Source of the DNA: Mustelus asterias
Taxonomy: Eukaryota
Direction of reading: 5' to 3'
DNA: 64,000 nt
Assembly: GCF_964213995.1 (NCBI RefSeq)
Contig: NC_135817.1
Location: 30,070,001-30,134,000 of the forward strand
In this document: piece after piece, positions 40,334 through 51,844 of the stretch
Numbering within the stretch: the first letter of the stretch is position 1
How the letters are laid out: the number at the start of each line of letters is the position of its first letter
The notes under the pieces: generated by a model
What the model saw: only the letters and a program-made list of their open reading frames with translations
What the model was told of the DNA's origin: nothing
The model's database searches: none
Translations under genes and position numbers: made by a program

Positions 40334-40809
40334 CAAGAAAAATGTTTTCATTGATATTGCTTCTGTTAAGAACCTTGGAATATTTTACTATAAAAATGTG
40401 AATTGTTTGAAGGCTGCCAGTAAGAGCAGAAGAGTTACTTAGGGTTTCTGTTGCTAAACTATTTTTTTCTGGGCAAAGAGAGAGACTTTTTGGCTTACTC
40501 ATAAACTGATCTGTTCCAGCAAGGAGGTTATGCTTGTGGAATGAAAAGTGATTGATTTTGTATTAAACTGCAGTGCACATTTGTTCTAAACTTGGGAAGT
40601 AGAGAATTAAGTATAAGCCTTAGCAGTGCAGTTTTAACAGGTATGTATGTCTGTCAATCCACCTTTCAAAAGCCCATCTGTTGAGAATACTGTCAAAGTT
40701 GCTGCTGCTTCTTTTACAGTTAAACTTCACCACTCAATTGGATATTCAAAATACTTTTCATTTCTCAGAGTGCTTAACGAATTTACAAATACATGTGATA
40801 ATGTCATTT

Positions 40810-41524
40810 ATACAGTAAACGGCAGAACCTTTAAGAGTATTGCCAAGCAGAAGGATCTGGGTGCACAGGTACACAGGTCACTGAAAGTGGCAACGCAAGT
40901 AGAGAAGGTAGTCAAGAAGGCATACGGCATGCTTGCCTTCACCAGCCGGGGCACTGAGTTTAAAAATTGGCAAGTCATGTTACAGCTTATAAAACCTTAG
41001 TTAGGCCGCACTTGGAATATAGCGTTCAATTCTGGTCGCCACACTACCAGAAGGATGTGGAGGCTATGGAGAGGGTACAGAAAAAGATTTACCAGGATGT
41101 TGCCTGGTATGGAGGGCATTAGCTATGAGGAGAGGTTGGAGGGAGGTTGGTTTGTTCTCACTGGAACGACGGAGGTTGAGGGGGCGACCTGATAGAAGAG
41201 TACAAGATTATGAGGGGCATGGACAGAGTGGATAGTCAGGAGCTTTTTCCCAGGATGGAAGAGTCAATTACTAGGGGGCATAGGTTTAAAGGAGATATAC
41301 AAGGCAAGTTTTTTTACACAGAGGGTGGTGGGTGCCTGGAACTCGCTGCCGGGGGAGGTAGTGAAATCAGATACGACAGTGACTTTTAAGGGGCGTCTTG
41401 ACAAATACATGAATAGGATGGGAACAGAGGGATATAGTCCCCGGGAGGGTAGGGGGTTTTAGTTCAGTCAGGCAGCATTGTCGGTGTAGGCTTGGACGGT
41501 CTGTGCTGTAATTTTCTTTGTTCT
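40810..41524 (+). mobile_element. CR1 LINE 3' end
   Basis: QKDLGAQVHRSLKVATQVEKVVKKAYGMLAF; tail tgtgctgtaattttctttgttct. Confidence 0.9.
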
Positions 41525-41529
41525 CACAT

Positions 41530-41750
41530 TTTTGATTTGATTTATTATTGTCACATGTATTAGTATACAATGAAAAGTATTGTTTCTTGCGCGCTATACA
41601 AAGCATACCGTACATAGAGAAGGAAAGGAGAGGGTGCAGAATATAGTGTTACAGTCGAGTGTGGAGGTGTAGTGTCGAGAAAGATCAACTTAATAGAAAG
41701 TAGGTCCATTCAAAAGTCTGATGACAGCAGGGAGGAAGCTGTTCTTGAGT
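41530..41750 (-). mobile_element. LINE 3' end with (CAAAT)n tail
   Basis: gatttgatttattattgtcacatgtattag...; near-identical copy at 47895-48135. Confidence 0.72.
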
Positions 41751-42069
41751 CACATAGTGAAATGTGTCATCACTTCACTTACAAGTAATAATAGCCCTTT
41801 TCATTCCACAAGCAAGACCTCCTTGCTGGAACAGGGCAGTTTGTGAGTAAGGCAAAAGTCTCTCTTCTGGCTGCCGTATTTTTTTACTCCTCAAATTCTA
41901 TAATCGAGGAACAAAGCTTGGCCTGTTAGGATACTGTACACAGATGTGGACCTGAATGGAATATTATACACAAATAAATACAACAATGATGCAAAAGACA
42001 GAGGAGGCTTAAATTGATCAACATGAAACGGGTCAACATGTCAGCATAAAAGTAAAACTGCTCTAATTC

Positions 42070-42560
42070 GGTGGGGAGGGCTGGTGATATGAAGATAATG
42101 TCACCGAGGCCTTCCCGGCCGATTATTGGCCATTTTCTGTGGGACACATATCACATCGAGAACACAAAATTCAATGTTGTCATGTACCTGCTCTTCGGCA
42201 TTTGTTCTCCACGTCCGGCTCCCACAGGCCTCTTGGTGAGAGACAGGGACAGACTGAGAGCGCGCCAACGAGCTTTGCCACCTTTCGGCCACCGTCTCCC
42301 GGGCTGAGCCACGCATGCGTGCTGCTGGACGCCATTGGTGACCTGGAGGCACGGCGCGGTGGCGGCTCCCGGGAGCGGAGAGTAGCCGGTGAGAGAGAGT
42401 CAGGCAGCGAGAACTCCGGTAGGGACTGTATGTGAGTGAGAGAAACAGGGTCTGGGTGAGGTCGGCTTCAGCAGCACTTCGGCATTCCAGTTCGGCTCAT
42501 TTTTACTAAATATTTATTCACATATTTGTAAATTCGGTTCATTTGCGACGGGAACTCTCA
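42070..42560. promoter_or_regulatory. Bidirectional CpG-island promoter of RWDD2B and USP16 with non-coding first exons
   Basis: CpG-rich; palindromic NRF1-like CACGCATGCGTG at 42310-42321; minus-strand donor CAG|gtacat after 42188; plus-strand candidate donors at 42389, 42419 and 42432. Confidence 0.75.
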
Positions 42561-42890
42561 GCAGTGCCTTCGTTACCTCCAGGCATGACTAATCCAACAC
42601 ACTCCTAGCTGGCCTTCCATCCTCAGTGTGTGTGTCTTACCTGGCCTTCCATCCTCCATATACATGTACTGGAGGTCATCCAAATCTCGGTTACCTGTAT
42701 CTAAGTCGCACCAATTCCTGTTCATCCACCACCCTATGCTCACTAACATAGTCGAACAGCATCTTGATTTTAAAATTCTCCTCCTTGTTTTGAAACCCTC
42801 CCATGTTCTCATCGCTCCCTATTTCTTAATCGCCTCCAATTAGTCCCTTGAGATATCTATATTCATCTAACTCTGGTCTCTTCCACACAA

Positions 42891-43182
42891 GGGTGGCACA
42901 GTGGCTGGCACTACCTCAGTGCCAGAGATCTGGGTTTAATTCCAGCCTTGGGTGACTGCAGTTTGCATGTTCTCCCCGTATCTGCGTGGGTTCCCTCCAG
43001 GTGCTCTGGTTTCCTCCCACACTCTAAAGATGAGCAGGTTAGGTTGATTGGCTATGCTAAATTGCCAGGGGGACTAGTGGGGTAAATAGATGGGGTTATG
43101 GGGATAGGGCCTGGGTGGGATTGTTGTTGGTGCAGGCTTGATGGGCTGAATGGCCTCCTGCACTGTAGACATTCCATGATCT
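42891..43182 (+). mobile_element. HE1/V-SINE nested in an L2-like remnant
   Basis: Head, V-domain and tail motifs. Confidence 0.86.
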
Positions 43183-43344
43183 AATTTTCATCATTCCACC
43201 ATTGGTGGCCATGCTGTCTGGGCCTCTGGAATTCCTTCCCTAAACCTCTTTGTTTCAATTAAAACACTCCTTAAACTGAACCTATTAGAACATGCTTTTG
43301 ATCAACTGCCCTTTTACCTCAGGAGGTGGTCACACCTGGTAGAT

Positions 43345-43940
43345 TAAGTACCTCTAATTTGGTCAACTGAACCCAACTGTTTGGTCAGCAGGGTGTGACT
43401 GCAAGTGAGGCAGGTAGAGGGATCCTGAATTTAGGAATGGAGGAGCCTCAGCTCTTGACCTTGTCCAACAGGTAGGAGGTATTTGCTTCCTGTGTGGATG
43501 AGGAAAAGGGCTGTACGGAGGATGAGCTAGCTGACCACTGCACAGTGGTACAGGATGCCATTCAAGACGGGAGAGCAAAAGACAAATGGTAGTTGTGGGA
43601 GATTCTATAATTGGGGGATTGATAGCATCCTTTGTCAGCAGGATCAAGAGTCCCGTATGGTATGTTGCCTTTCCGGTGCCAGGGTGAGGGACATCTCTCA
43701 CCAAAAAGGATATTGAAGTGGGAGGGGGAGGATCCCATTGTTGTGGCCCATGTTGGGACAACATAGGCAAGACTAAGAGAGTTTGGGGATTATCAGGCAC
43801 TAGGAACTAAATTAAAAAACAGGTCCTCAAGGATTTATATTCTCTGGATTGCTACCTATGTCATGTGTGAATTGGCGTAGGGATGAGAAAATTAGAGATG
43901 TAAACATGTGGCGAAAGGAGTGGTGCAGGAAAGAGGGGTT
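43345..43940 (+). mobile_element. CR1 ORF1 (SGNH/esterase-like) fragment
   Basis: Reads VVVGDSIIGGIDSIL..DQESRMVCCL(S)GARVRDIS..VVAHVG, typical of a CR1 ORF1 esterase. Confidence 0.72.
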
Positions 43941-43944
43941 ACCA

Positions 43945-44445
43945 CCACATCTCTCGACTCCTCAGGCATATCTAAATTGTCATACTGACTAGATGAGCAA
44001 AAAATTTCTCCAAATAAATATCAGGAAGACTGAAGCAGTTATCTTCTGTTTCCAATACAGACTCCACTCCCTAGCCACCAATACGATCCGCCTCTCTGAC
44101 AACCATCTGATGCTGAACCCAACTGTTCGCAACCTTGGGGTCATATTTGATTTTGTGAGTTCTGATCACGTATCTGCCCCATGAGCTGGAACTGCTCATT
44201 GCCATCTGTGCAACATCTCACAACTCAGAACCTGTCTCGTCTTATCTGCTGCTAAAACTCTCATTCATGCCTCCCTAATCCTCTGTCTCTCTTTCCTCCT
44301 TTAAAATGTTTGTTAAAATCTATATCTTTCACCAAACTTTCTACTCCAATATCTCGTGGCTCGGTATCATATTTTGTTTTCTAACGCTCCTGTGAAGTAC
44401 CTTCTGACTTATGTTAGAAGCACTATATAAATACAAGTTGTTGTT
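43945..44445 (+). mobile_element. L2-type LINE 3' remnant (related pieces at 39815-40075, 42575-43310, 36100-36460, 1430-2010)
   Basis: ctgttcgcaaccttggggtcatatttga; tail gcactatataaatacaagttgttgttg. Confidence 0.62.
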
Positions 44446-44963
44446 GAAATTGAAACTCAATTTCTCACTCCACCTGCTGAGAGTTTTCTAATATTTTCTT
44501 TTTTTAGTTTCACACTTCCAGCTTTCACAGTATTTGGCTTGCTTATATGTACAACTACTCGCATTTTGGATCTTAAAAGCACAATAATTCCTCCTCTACA
44601 AAACTCTTCCATGGGAACTTTATGGATGGAAATCAGAAAAGCAAAATCTACATTATGGAAGGAGGATAAGATTATAAAATGATGAAACAAAGTGGTCTGT
44701 GAATCACACATTAAGAATTAGTCACTCATAAGTTTGAACATATAACTTACTGGCAATACCAATTGATTAAACACCACCCACATATTGAGAGGGCTGCAAT
44801 CCATCTCAAGCCCTGATGACAAACTTGATGCTCTTTATTACCCAAAATCTTTTGTAAACACTTGAACAAGGCTAAATTGAATATGGATCAAAGACTTGCA
44901 CACCAAGGGCACGGTAGTCCTCTGTCCCAAACCTAAACATTGGGCCAAACAACTTATACTTGT

Positions 44964-45293
44964 ATAGAATCATAGGACCCTACAGTGCAGAAGGAGGCTA
45001 TTTGGGCCATTGAGTCTGCACTGACCACAATCCCACCCAGGCACTATCCCCATGACCCCATGCATTTACCCTCGCTAGCCCCCCCCGACACTAAGTGGCA
45101 ATTTAGCACTGCCAGTCCACCTAACCTGCACATCTTTGGTCTGTGGGAGGAAACCGGAGCACCCAGAGGAAACCCACGCAAACATGGGGAGAATGTGCAA
45201 ACTCCACACAGACAGTGACCCAAGCCAAGAATCGGAACCCAGGGACTGGGGCTGTGAGGCAGCAGGGCAAACCACTGTGTCATCGTGCTGCCC
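44964..45293 (-). mobile_element. HE1/V-SINE
   Basis: Reverse-complemented consensus motifs. Confidence 0.88.
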
Positions 45294-46669
45294 CTGATAT
45301 AGCAGAAACATTATCAAAAATTGATACTTAGCTACATGAGGAGATAAGAACATAAGAACGAGGAGCAGCAGGAGGCCATCTGGCCCCTTGAGCCTGCTCC
45401 GCCATTCAGTAAGATCATGGCTGATCTTCTTGTGAACTCAGTTTTGTCTCATCAGCATTCATGTGGAAACTAACGTACTATTTCTGGACGATGTTACCAA
45501 GGGACAGTTTTTGTTTTTGTTTCAGATTTCCAGCATTACAGTATTTTGCTTTAGGCACAATGAGCGTTCAGCAAATTAATGAAAATAGGGTTGAGAAAGC
45601 AGGAAGTAAGTCTCCTGAGCAACATGACCGGATAAGGGGAGATAGAGACTAGAGTAAGATGCAAATTTAGGGCTAGGACAGGGAAATGGAGGAAAGTGGC
45701 AGAGGCAACTGATCGGATTATCTCAAAGAAGCCCACAAACTATTTCCACATGTTGGAGATGAGGGTATAGAAGACAAGGGGGATGCACAGTGGGGAAAAA
45801 AGGGGCTGGGTGTTACATTTGCATTCCATCTTGGAGTAGTGCTCAGTTCTGGCAGATTAGAGCATGATACGTTAGTGCTTTATGTGGGTCCAACCAGATT
45901 TGGTGTTGAATGGCTAAAGCTGCTGTCTGTTCAAATCTGCATCTCTTGGACATAATGGAGTAGGATGAGGGCCATACTGGGGAAATAGCCATCTCCTCAA
46001 AGATCTTTAATATGAAATGTATATTAGCTCTGTTTCTCTCTCTCCCACAGACAGTGATTGAGTTCCTGAATCTTTCTAGCTTTTCTGTTTTTATTTCAGC
46101 TACATACACAGTTTTCAACAGTTTGAGCAGAACCGCACACATTGTCTGTCGACATGCAGATGGAAGCTGAACTTTTGAATGGGAGGGGTTTGGAAAATTA
46201 CATTTAGTTATTTGTCCATCTTGTTATGATCCTTGCAGAGACCAGTAACTTTTAAAAAAGAGATGAATTTTCCAGTGGATCAAACAAGATTTCACATCTT
46301 AAGACTTTTACTGTAACAAACTAAAATCAACACCAATTAAATTACAGAAAAGTATTTCCCTTCAACTTACAATAGAAACCCCGATCATGTTTATACATTA
46401 TACCGCACTCTCCATAGAGCGTAGGTTTAAGTTTAAAGTCCAACTCCTTGCAGCATTAACAAGATCCCTTCTTCATGCACTGCCAAGGTGAATCTTCCAG
46501 TATCCTTTTAAACAAGGTGGTCTTCACTCAACCCTTTGAACAGAGTCCTCAGTGCAAGGTTCCATCTGGTGATTCTGTAAACTCTTAACATTTCACAAGC
46601 CTTGTTTCCTCAAATATTGGCTCCTTCCTGACTACCTCCTCCTGCAATTCTTTGAAATTGTGTCATGGA

Positions 46670-46852
46670 ATCTTTTGCATCCACTTGAGAGGGAGGATGG
46701 AAGCTCTGTTTAATATCTCATCCAAAAGATCTCCGTAGACTCCCTTTGCACAATTCATGTCAGCCTCAATTGTGTGCTCAAGATGTGGAGTTGGACTTGA
46801 AACTGCAATCTTCTGACTCAGAGGCAACAATATCACCACTGAGCCGCAGCTA
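46670..46852 (-). mobile_element. Deu-domain SINE 5' part
   Basis: ttggacttgaaactgcaatcttctgactcagaggcaac...ccactgagcc (reversed tRNA-like head). Confidence 0.62.
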
Positions 46853-47201
46853 ATGTCATATTATCAGTAACCCCCACAGCTTGCCTCCTAGACTTGCAGG
46901 CTGTCCTGTCTGGAGACAATACACATCTCTTTAACCTGTGCTTAATGCTCCCTCCACCCACATTGTCTGTATCTTTAAGATCTGGCTGGCTGTAGGGATT
47001 CGCATTCTAATCAGCATTCTGTAACTTGATGTTGTGTCTCTGTGCACTGTTTGAGAGCACATTTCCACTCCATCTGACGAAGGAGCAGCGCTCCGAAAGC
47101 TAATGGTATTTGCTACCAAATCAACCTATTGGACTTTAACGTGGTGTTGTTAAAACTCTTACTGTGTTCACCCCAGTCCAACGCCGGCATCTCCACACCG
47201 T
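46853..47201 (+). mobile_element. Penelope-like 3' terminal fragment (diverged subfamily) with intact hammerhead core and tail
   Basis: Aligns by eye with 25107-25425 plus tail; agctaa duplicated at 46848-46853 and 47202-47207. Confidence 0.88.
47070..47106 (+). ncRNA. Minimal type I hammerhead ribozyme (PLE-associated)
   Basis: CCAT-CTGACGA-A-GGAGC(AGC)GCTCC-GAAAGCTA-ATGG: core, 5-bp stem II, palindromic AGCT stem III, 4-bp stem I. Confidence 0.8.
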
Positions 47202-47565
47202 AGCTAACACACAGAGCACAGGGTGTTGGGAGTTTCGAATGAATTTGTGAGGATACTGGGGAAAAATTATTTCCCCTAGGGGATGATAAATATAGTGGGG
47301 TTTTGAAGATAATATTGCATATAAGGGAGATGGGAAGTTGGTTTAGATGCGTGCTGATTATTCAGATGTAATCAAGGTTTGTTTATTCCTGTAGATCCTA
47401 TAGTCATTTTGTTCGTAATGCATGTTTGTGAAGTTAGTTTTAACACCATTGCATGTTGTTTTTATTTACTATCTTCAGGCGCACAATTTTCCAGATGCTT
47501 GGTCTTGAAGTTGCCTTTCTTTCTTTGTGGGCACTATAGTTGAAGAATACTGAGAGACCATTGAA

Positions 47566-47626
47566 ATGGGAAAGAAAAAGGAAAGACAAAATTCTCCACA
47601 GGTCGCTGAGACCTCTGACAGCTGTG
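47566..47626 (+). CDS. USP16: Ubiquitin C-terminal hydrolase 16, first coding exon
   Basis: ATG, MGKKKERQNSPQVAETSDSC + G|gtaaga; 61 nt; phase 1 fits next exon. Confidence 0.88.
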
Positions 47627-47894
47627 GTAAGAAAATGTTTCTTTGGTTACAAATTGTGATGTGAGGGCAAGTGAAACTAACAGGAATGTGCTTTGAATGT
47701 GCCAGCATAGATACAATGAGCTGTCTTGTGATGTACTATTCTGTGAACTACGCTTTTTCTACAAAAGTATATTCTTTCACCTCATTTCAGTTTTGTTGAG
47801 AATTTTTTTAAACTATCTTTCATATGTAGAGAGCTGTGGCTCAAATAAATTAGGGTCAAATAAATCAGTAGTCAAAACTATCAAAATAAAAGTT

Positions 47895-48135
47895 GATTTG
47901 ATTTATTATTGTCACATGTATTAGTAAACAGTGAAAAGTATTGTTTCTTACGCGCTATACAAAGCATACTGTTCATAGAGAAGGAAAGGAGAGAGTGCAG
48001 AATGTAGTGTTACAGTCATAGCTAGGGTGTGGAGAAAGATCACCTTAATGCGAGGTAGGTCCATTCCAAAGTCTGATGGCAGCAGGGAAGAAGCTGTTCT
48101 TGAGTCAGTTGGTACGTGACCTCAGACTTCCCATG
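47895..48135 (-). mobile_element. LINE 3' end with (CAAAT)n tail
   Basis: Same family as 41530-41750; 8-bp TSD taaaagtt at 47887-47894 and 48136-48143. Confidence 0.75.
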
Positions 48136-48494
48136 TAAAAGTTACATGGAAAAAGAAAACTGCAAATGTCTGATGGCTTTGGGTGGAACCTTTATTTTAC
48201 TGTAAATGCTCAGTGTTTTCTAAATAGTTATCCATACAAGACATTTATTTTTATTAGTACCACGTAGAGCAAAATGTGTGGGAGATTGACTGCACTAGTT
48301 TTAAAGCACATTGAGGACTCCTTCATGCAACAAGCCTAATTTTGGTTGGTAAATAGACAGCTAGATGTAGCAGGGTAGATACCCGGGTGGTTCTGCATTA
48401 AGCAGGGGAGCATTATTTTATTTCTTGTGCAATATCACTTGATTTCTTTAATTGGTAGAATGCACTACCCTCCAGCTTATCGACCAGGACCCAA

Positions 48495-49015
48495 CTGATC
48501 GCAGTTAGGTCGCTAGCCAGTTTAGAAAGTTTGAAACAAAAGATTTCTAAATTGTGGATGATGCCAACTGCAACAAATTGCAATATGGCATGAATAAATT
48601 GGTAGAATGGGCACATCGTTGTCCAATTTCAACATCATTAAGTATGAGGTATAACGTTTTGAACGAAAAAGGAGGATGTCACATATTACTTGGAAAATAA
48701 GAATCTGAACAGGGCAGAGGAACAAGGGGATCTCTGAGTAGAAATTCAAAAGTCACAACATTACAGCGTTCAATGAGGCCATCAAAAAAAGCAAACTAAG
48801 TACTAAAATTTATTTCCAGAAGGATTGAATTGAGGAATAGAGATATTATGTTTAAGTCTGTATGGAACCTTGGCTAGACCATACTTGGAGTACTGTCTTT
48901 CTTGAAGAAAACCTGAGAGGTAGCTCCAAGAAATAAAACAGAGAATTCGGAAGAAACCTCCAGAGTGGTGAGAATGTGGAACTTGTTACCACAGAGAGTA
49001 GTTGAGGTAATTAAT
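48495..49015 (+). mobile_element. Old CR1 3' fragment
   Basis: ggctagaccatacttggagtactgt; gtggtgagaatgtggaacttgttaccacag. Confidence 0.7.
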
Positions 49016-49264
49016 GTAAATCAGACTTGCCCACCAAGGGTGTCCATTCAATCAGTTTTCAAAATACACTAATAAATCTATCAGCAATAAACATGGAAGG
49101 GTAACAGTGGGAAGGTGAGTGGCAGCCCTCAGCCTGAGACCTGATGACCATATCTCTGAAGGTGGGACAGAGAGAATGTTTGAGTGTTTGTCTGCTGAGG
49201 GTTGGGGGAAATGGAGTGTTTGTCGGCCAGGGATGAATTGAAACTGATCAGTTACCGTGGGAGG

Positions 49265-50780
49265 CAAGGGGCGAAATAGCTGGGGTCTTAACAGATATCT
49301 TCACGTCCTCTTTGACCACAGGTGAAGTCCCAGAGGACTGGAGAATAGCCAATGTTGTTCTCTTGTTTAAGAAAGCAGGCAGGGATAATCCAGGAAATTA
49401 TAGGTCAATGAGCCTCACATCTGTGGTGGGAAAGCTTTTGGAGATGATACTGAAGGACAGGATATATGCACATTTGGAAGAAAATGGACTTGTTAGTGAC
49501 GAGCAGCATGGTTTTGTATGGGAAGGTCATGTCTCACTAACTTGATTGAGTTTTTTTGAAGAGGTGACAAAGATAATTGAGGGATAGGTGGTGGATGTAG
49601 TTTATTTGACAAGGTCCCACATGACAGACTGGTACAAAAGCTAGAATCACATGGGATTTGGGGCGGGCTGGCTAGATGATACAGACCGAGCTTGGTTATA
49701 GAAGACAAAGAGTAGTGATAGAAGGGAACTTTTCATAATGGAGATCTGTAGCTAGTGGTATTCCACAGAGATCAGTGCTGGGACCTCTGTTGTTTGTAGT
49801 GTATATAAAGGGTGGAGTTGCTGATAGTGCCGGGGATACACAGAGAAATTCATCAGGCGAATGAGGCTGTGGGAGTTCTTCCACAAACCCCAAGAGGCCA
49901 ACAGCGAACACAATGAGACAGCCAATGAACCGGAAGAGCCGACTGTGTTTACCCCAGTCCAACGCCAGCACCTCCACATCATGAGTGCCGGGGATTGTCA
50001 GAGGATACAACAGGATATAGATAGATTGGAGACTTGGGCACAGAAATGACAAATGGGGTTTAATCCGGGCAAATGCGAGGTGAAACATTTTGAAGGATCA
50101 AATTTAGGTGTGAATTATACTATAAATGACAGAACCTTTATGAACATTAACACACAAAGATCTGGGTGTGCAGGTCTACAGTTCCCTAAAAGTGGCAACA
50201 CAGGTGGCCAAGGTGATTAGGAAGGCATATGGCATGCTTGATTTCATCAGCCAGGGCATTGAGTACAAGAGTTGGGAAATCATGTTGCAGCTATATAAAA
50301 CCTTGGTTAGGCTGCATTTGGAGTATTGCGTACAATTCTGGTCACCACATTACCAGAAGGACGTGGAAGCTTTGGAGAGAGTGCAAAGAAGGTTCACTCG
50401 GATGTTGCCTGGTCTCGACAGTCTTTGAGAGGCATAGACAGTGTGGATAGTCAGGCTTTTTCTAAGGATGGAAGTGTCATTTACAAGGGAGTACAGGTTC
50501 AAGGTGAGAGGGGGAAAGTACAAGGGAGATGTGCTGGGGAAGTTTTTCACGCAGACATTGGTGGGTGTCTGGAACGCGCTGTCTGAGGAGATGGTGGAAG
50601 CAGACACATTAGCAACATTTAAGAGATATCTGGATGGGTATGTGAAAAGGGAGGGAATAGAGAGATACAGACCGATTAAGGGCAGGAGATTTTTTTTAGT
50701 TTAGTTAAGGCACCGTGATCAGCACAGGCTTGGAGGGCGGAAGGGCCTGTTCCTGTGCTGTACTTTTCTTTGTTTTGTTC
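49265..50780 (+). mobile_element. CR1 LINE 3' portion, decayed
   Basis: GEVPEDWRIANV, LEYCVQFWSPHYQKDVEALERVQRRFTRMLPG, tail cctgttcctgtgctgtacttttctttg. Confidence 0.92.
49838..49983 (+). mobile_element. Chimeric PLE insert (ORF-like fragment + 42-nt tail) inside a CR1 fragment
   Basis: 12-bp TSD agtgccggggat at 49826-49837 and 49984-49995; ends in the PLE tail actgtgtttaccccagtccaacgccagcacctccacatcatg. Confidence 0.85.
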
Positions 50781-51844
50781 TAGTAATTACTCTAGCAAAT
50801 CTAGAATTATTCTGCCAATTTCCTGTAAGCAACAAGCACTGAATTGAAATATCGAGTGTCAGAACAGCAGGAAATTCATAGATTTGTATCAGAATTGCTG
50901 CTGTTTATGCTGTTTGCGTTGGAATTGTGTATGACTTGTGCCTTTCTTTGCTGTTAGAAAACGATGTAGGTTTGCAGCACTGACTCTGGGAGATGCTTTG
51001 GGTCTGCTGTACCATTTCCTGGCTGAATGTGCTCTCACAGATTCACAGACAGTGGTTTAGTTCTTCACCTACTTAATTCCCATTGACGGTCACTGAACGT
51101 CAGTTTGGGCTATCAGATGTAGGTCAACAACCTTGAATCAGCCTTAAAGACACACTCTAGGCAGCTGTTGCAAGTGCTAAACTTGGCAGCAGTGAGTAGG
51201 GTGTTAATACAAGATATGTCTGCTTTAGGGCAGGAGCTTCATTCCATTTTAAAAGCCCTTGAAGAATTAAGTTGGATTGCAGTTGGACTTGATTCCACTG
51301 TTAGGTTGCTTCAATCTTTAGAGCAGGAGAGAGAGAAAAAACAAGAACAATACAGAACTTGCAATCCAGCGCCTTTTACCATCTCGGGACTAACTTGTAC
51401 GAATCCCATTCACCCATCACCTCCTGTGCTTGGTGACCAATATTGGTCCTTGGTCAAGCAACTCCTGTTTCTAAATTCTCAGCAAGTAAGCTAATAAATT
51501 AGTCTTCTCCTTTGAAGCATGCACATTTTTTGCTTTTATTAATAGCAAGATACATTTCTACTGTCTTATCTTTCACTCACCCTGTGAGTGAGAAAATAAT
51601 TGAAATATGGCCCCTGACCTAAGAAAATTAAACACCTCTGATGTAAATGCATTTAAAGGGAACCAAGGTAAGCAAGTGGGTGAGAAGGAAATAAAGGGCT
51701 ATGCTGATAGATGAGGAAGGCTTGAAGAAAACTGCAGTAGAGTTGGATGGCCCCGTTTCTGTGTTGTCATATTCTGTGTCATTCAATATAACAGTGACCA
51801 GTGATATAAATGCACAAAACACAGGGCCACTGTAAAGAAAGAAG

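Larger units (their letters stand above)
40477..41866. repeat. Inverted repeat (~70-bp arms)
   Basis: 40477-40548 versus 41797-41866 (ctgttccagcaaggagg..gcttgtggaatgaaaag). Confidence 0.85.
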
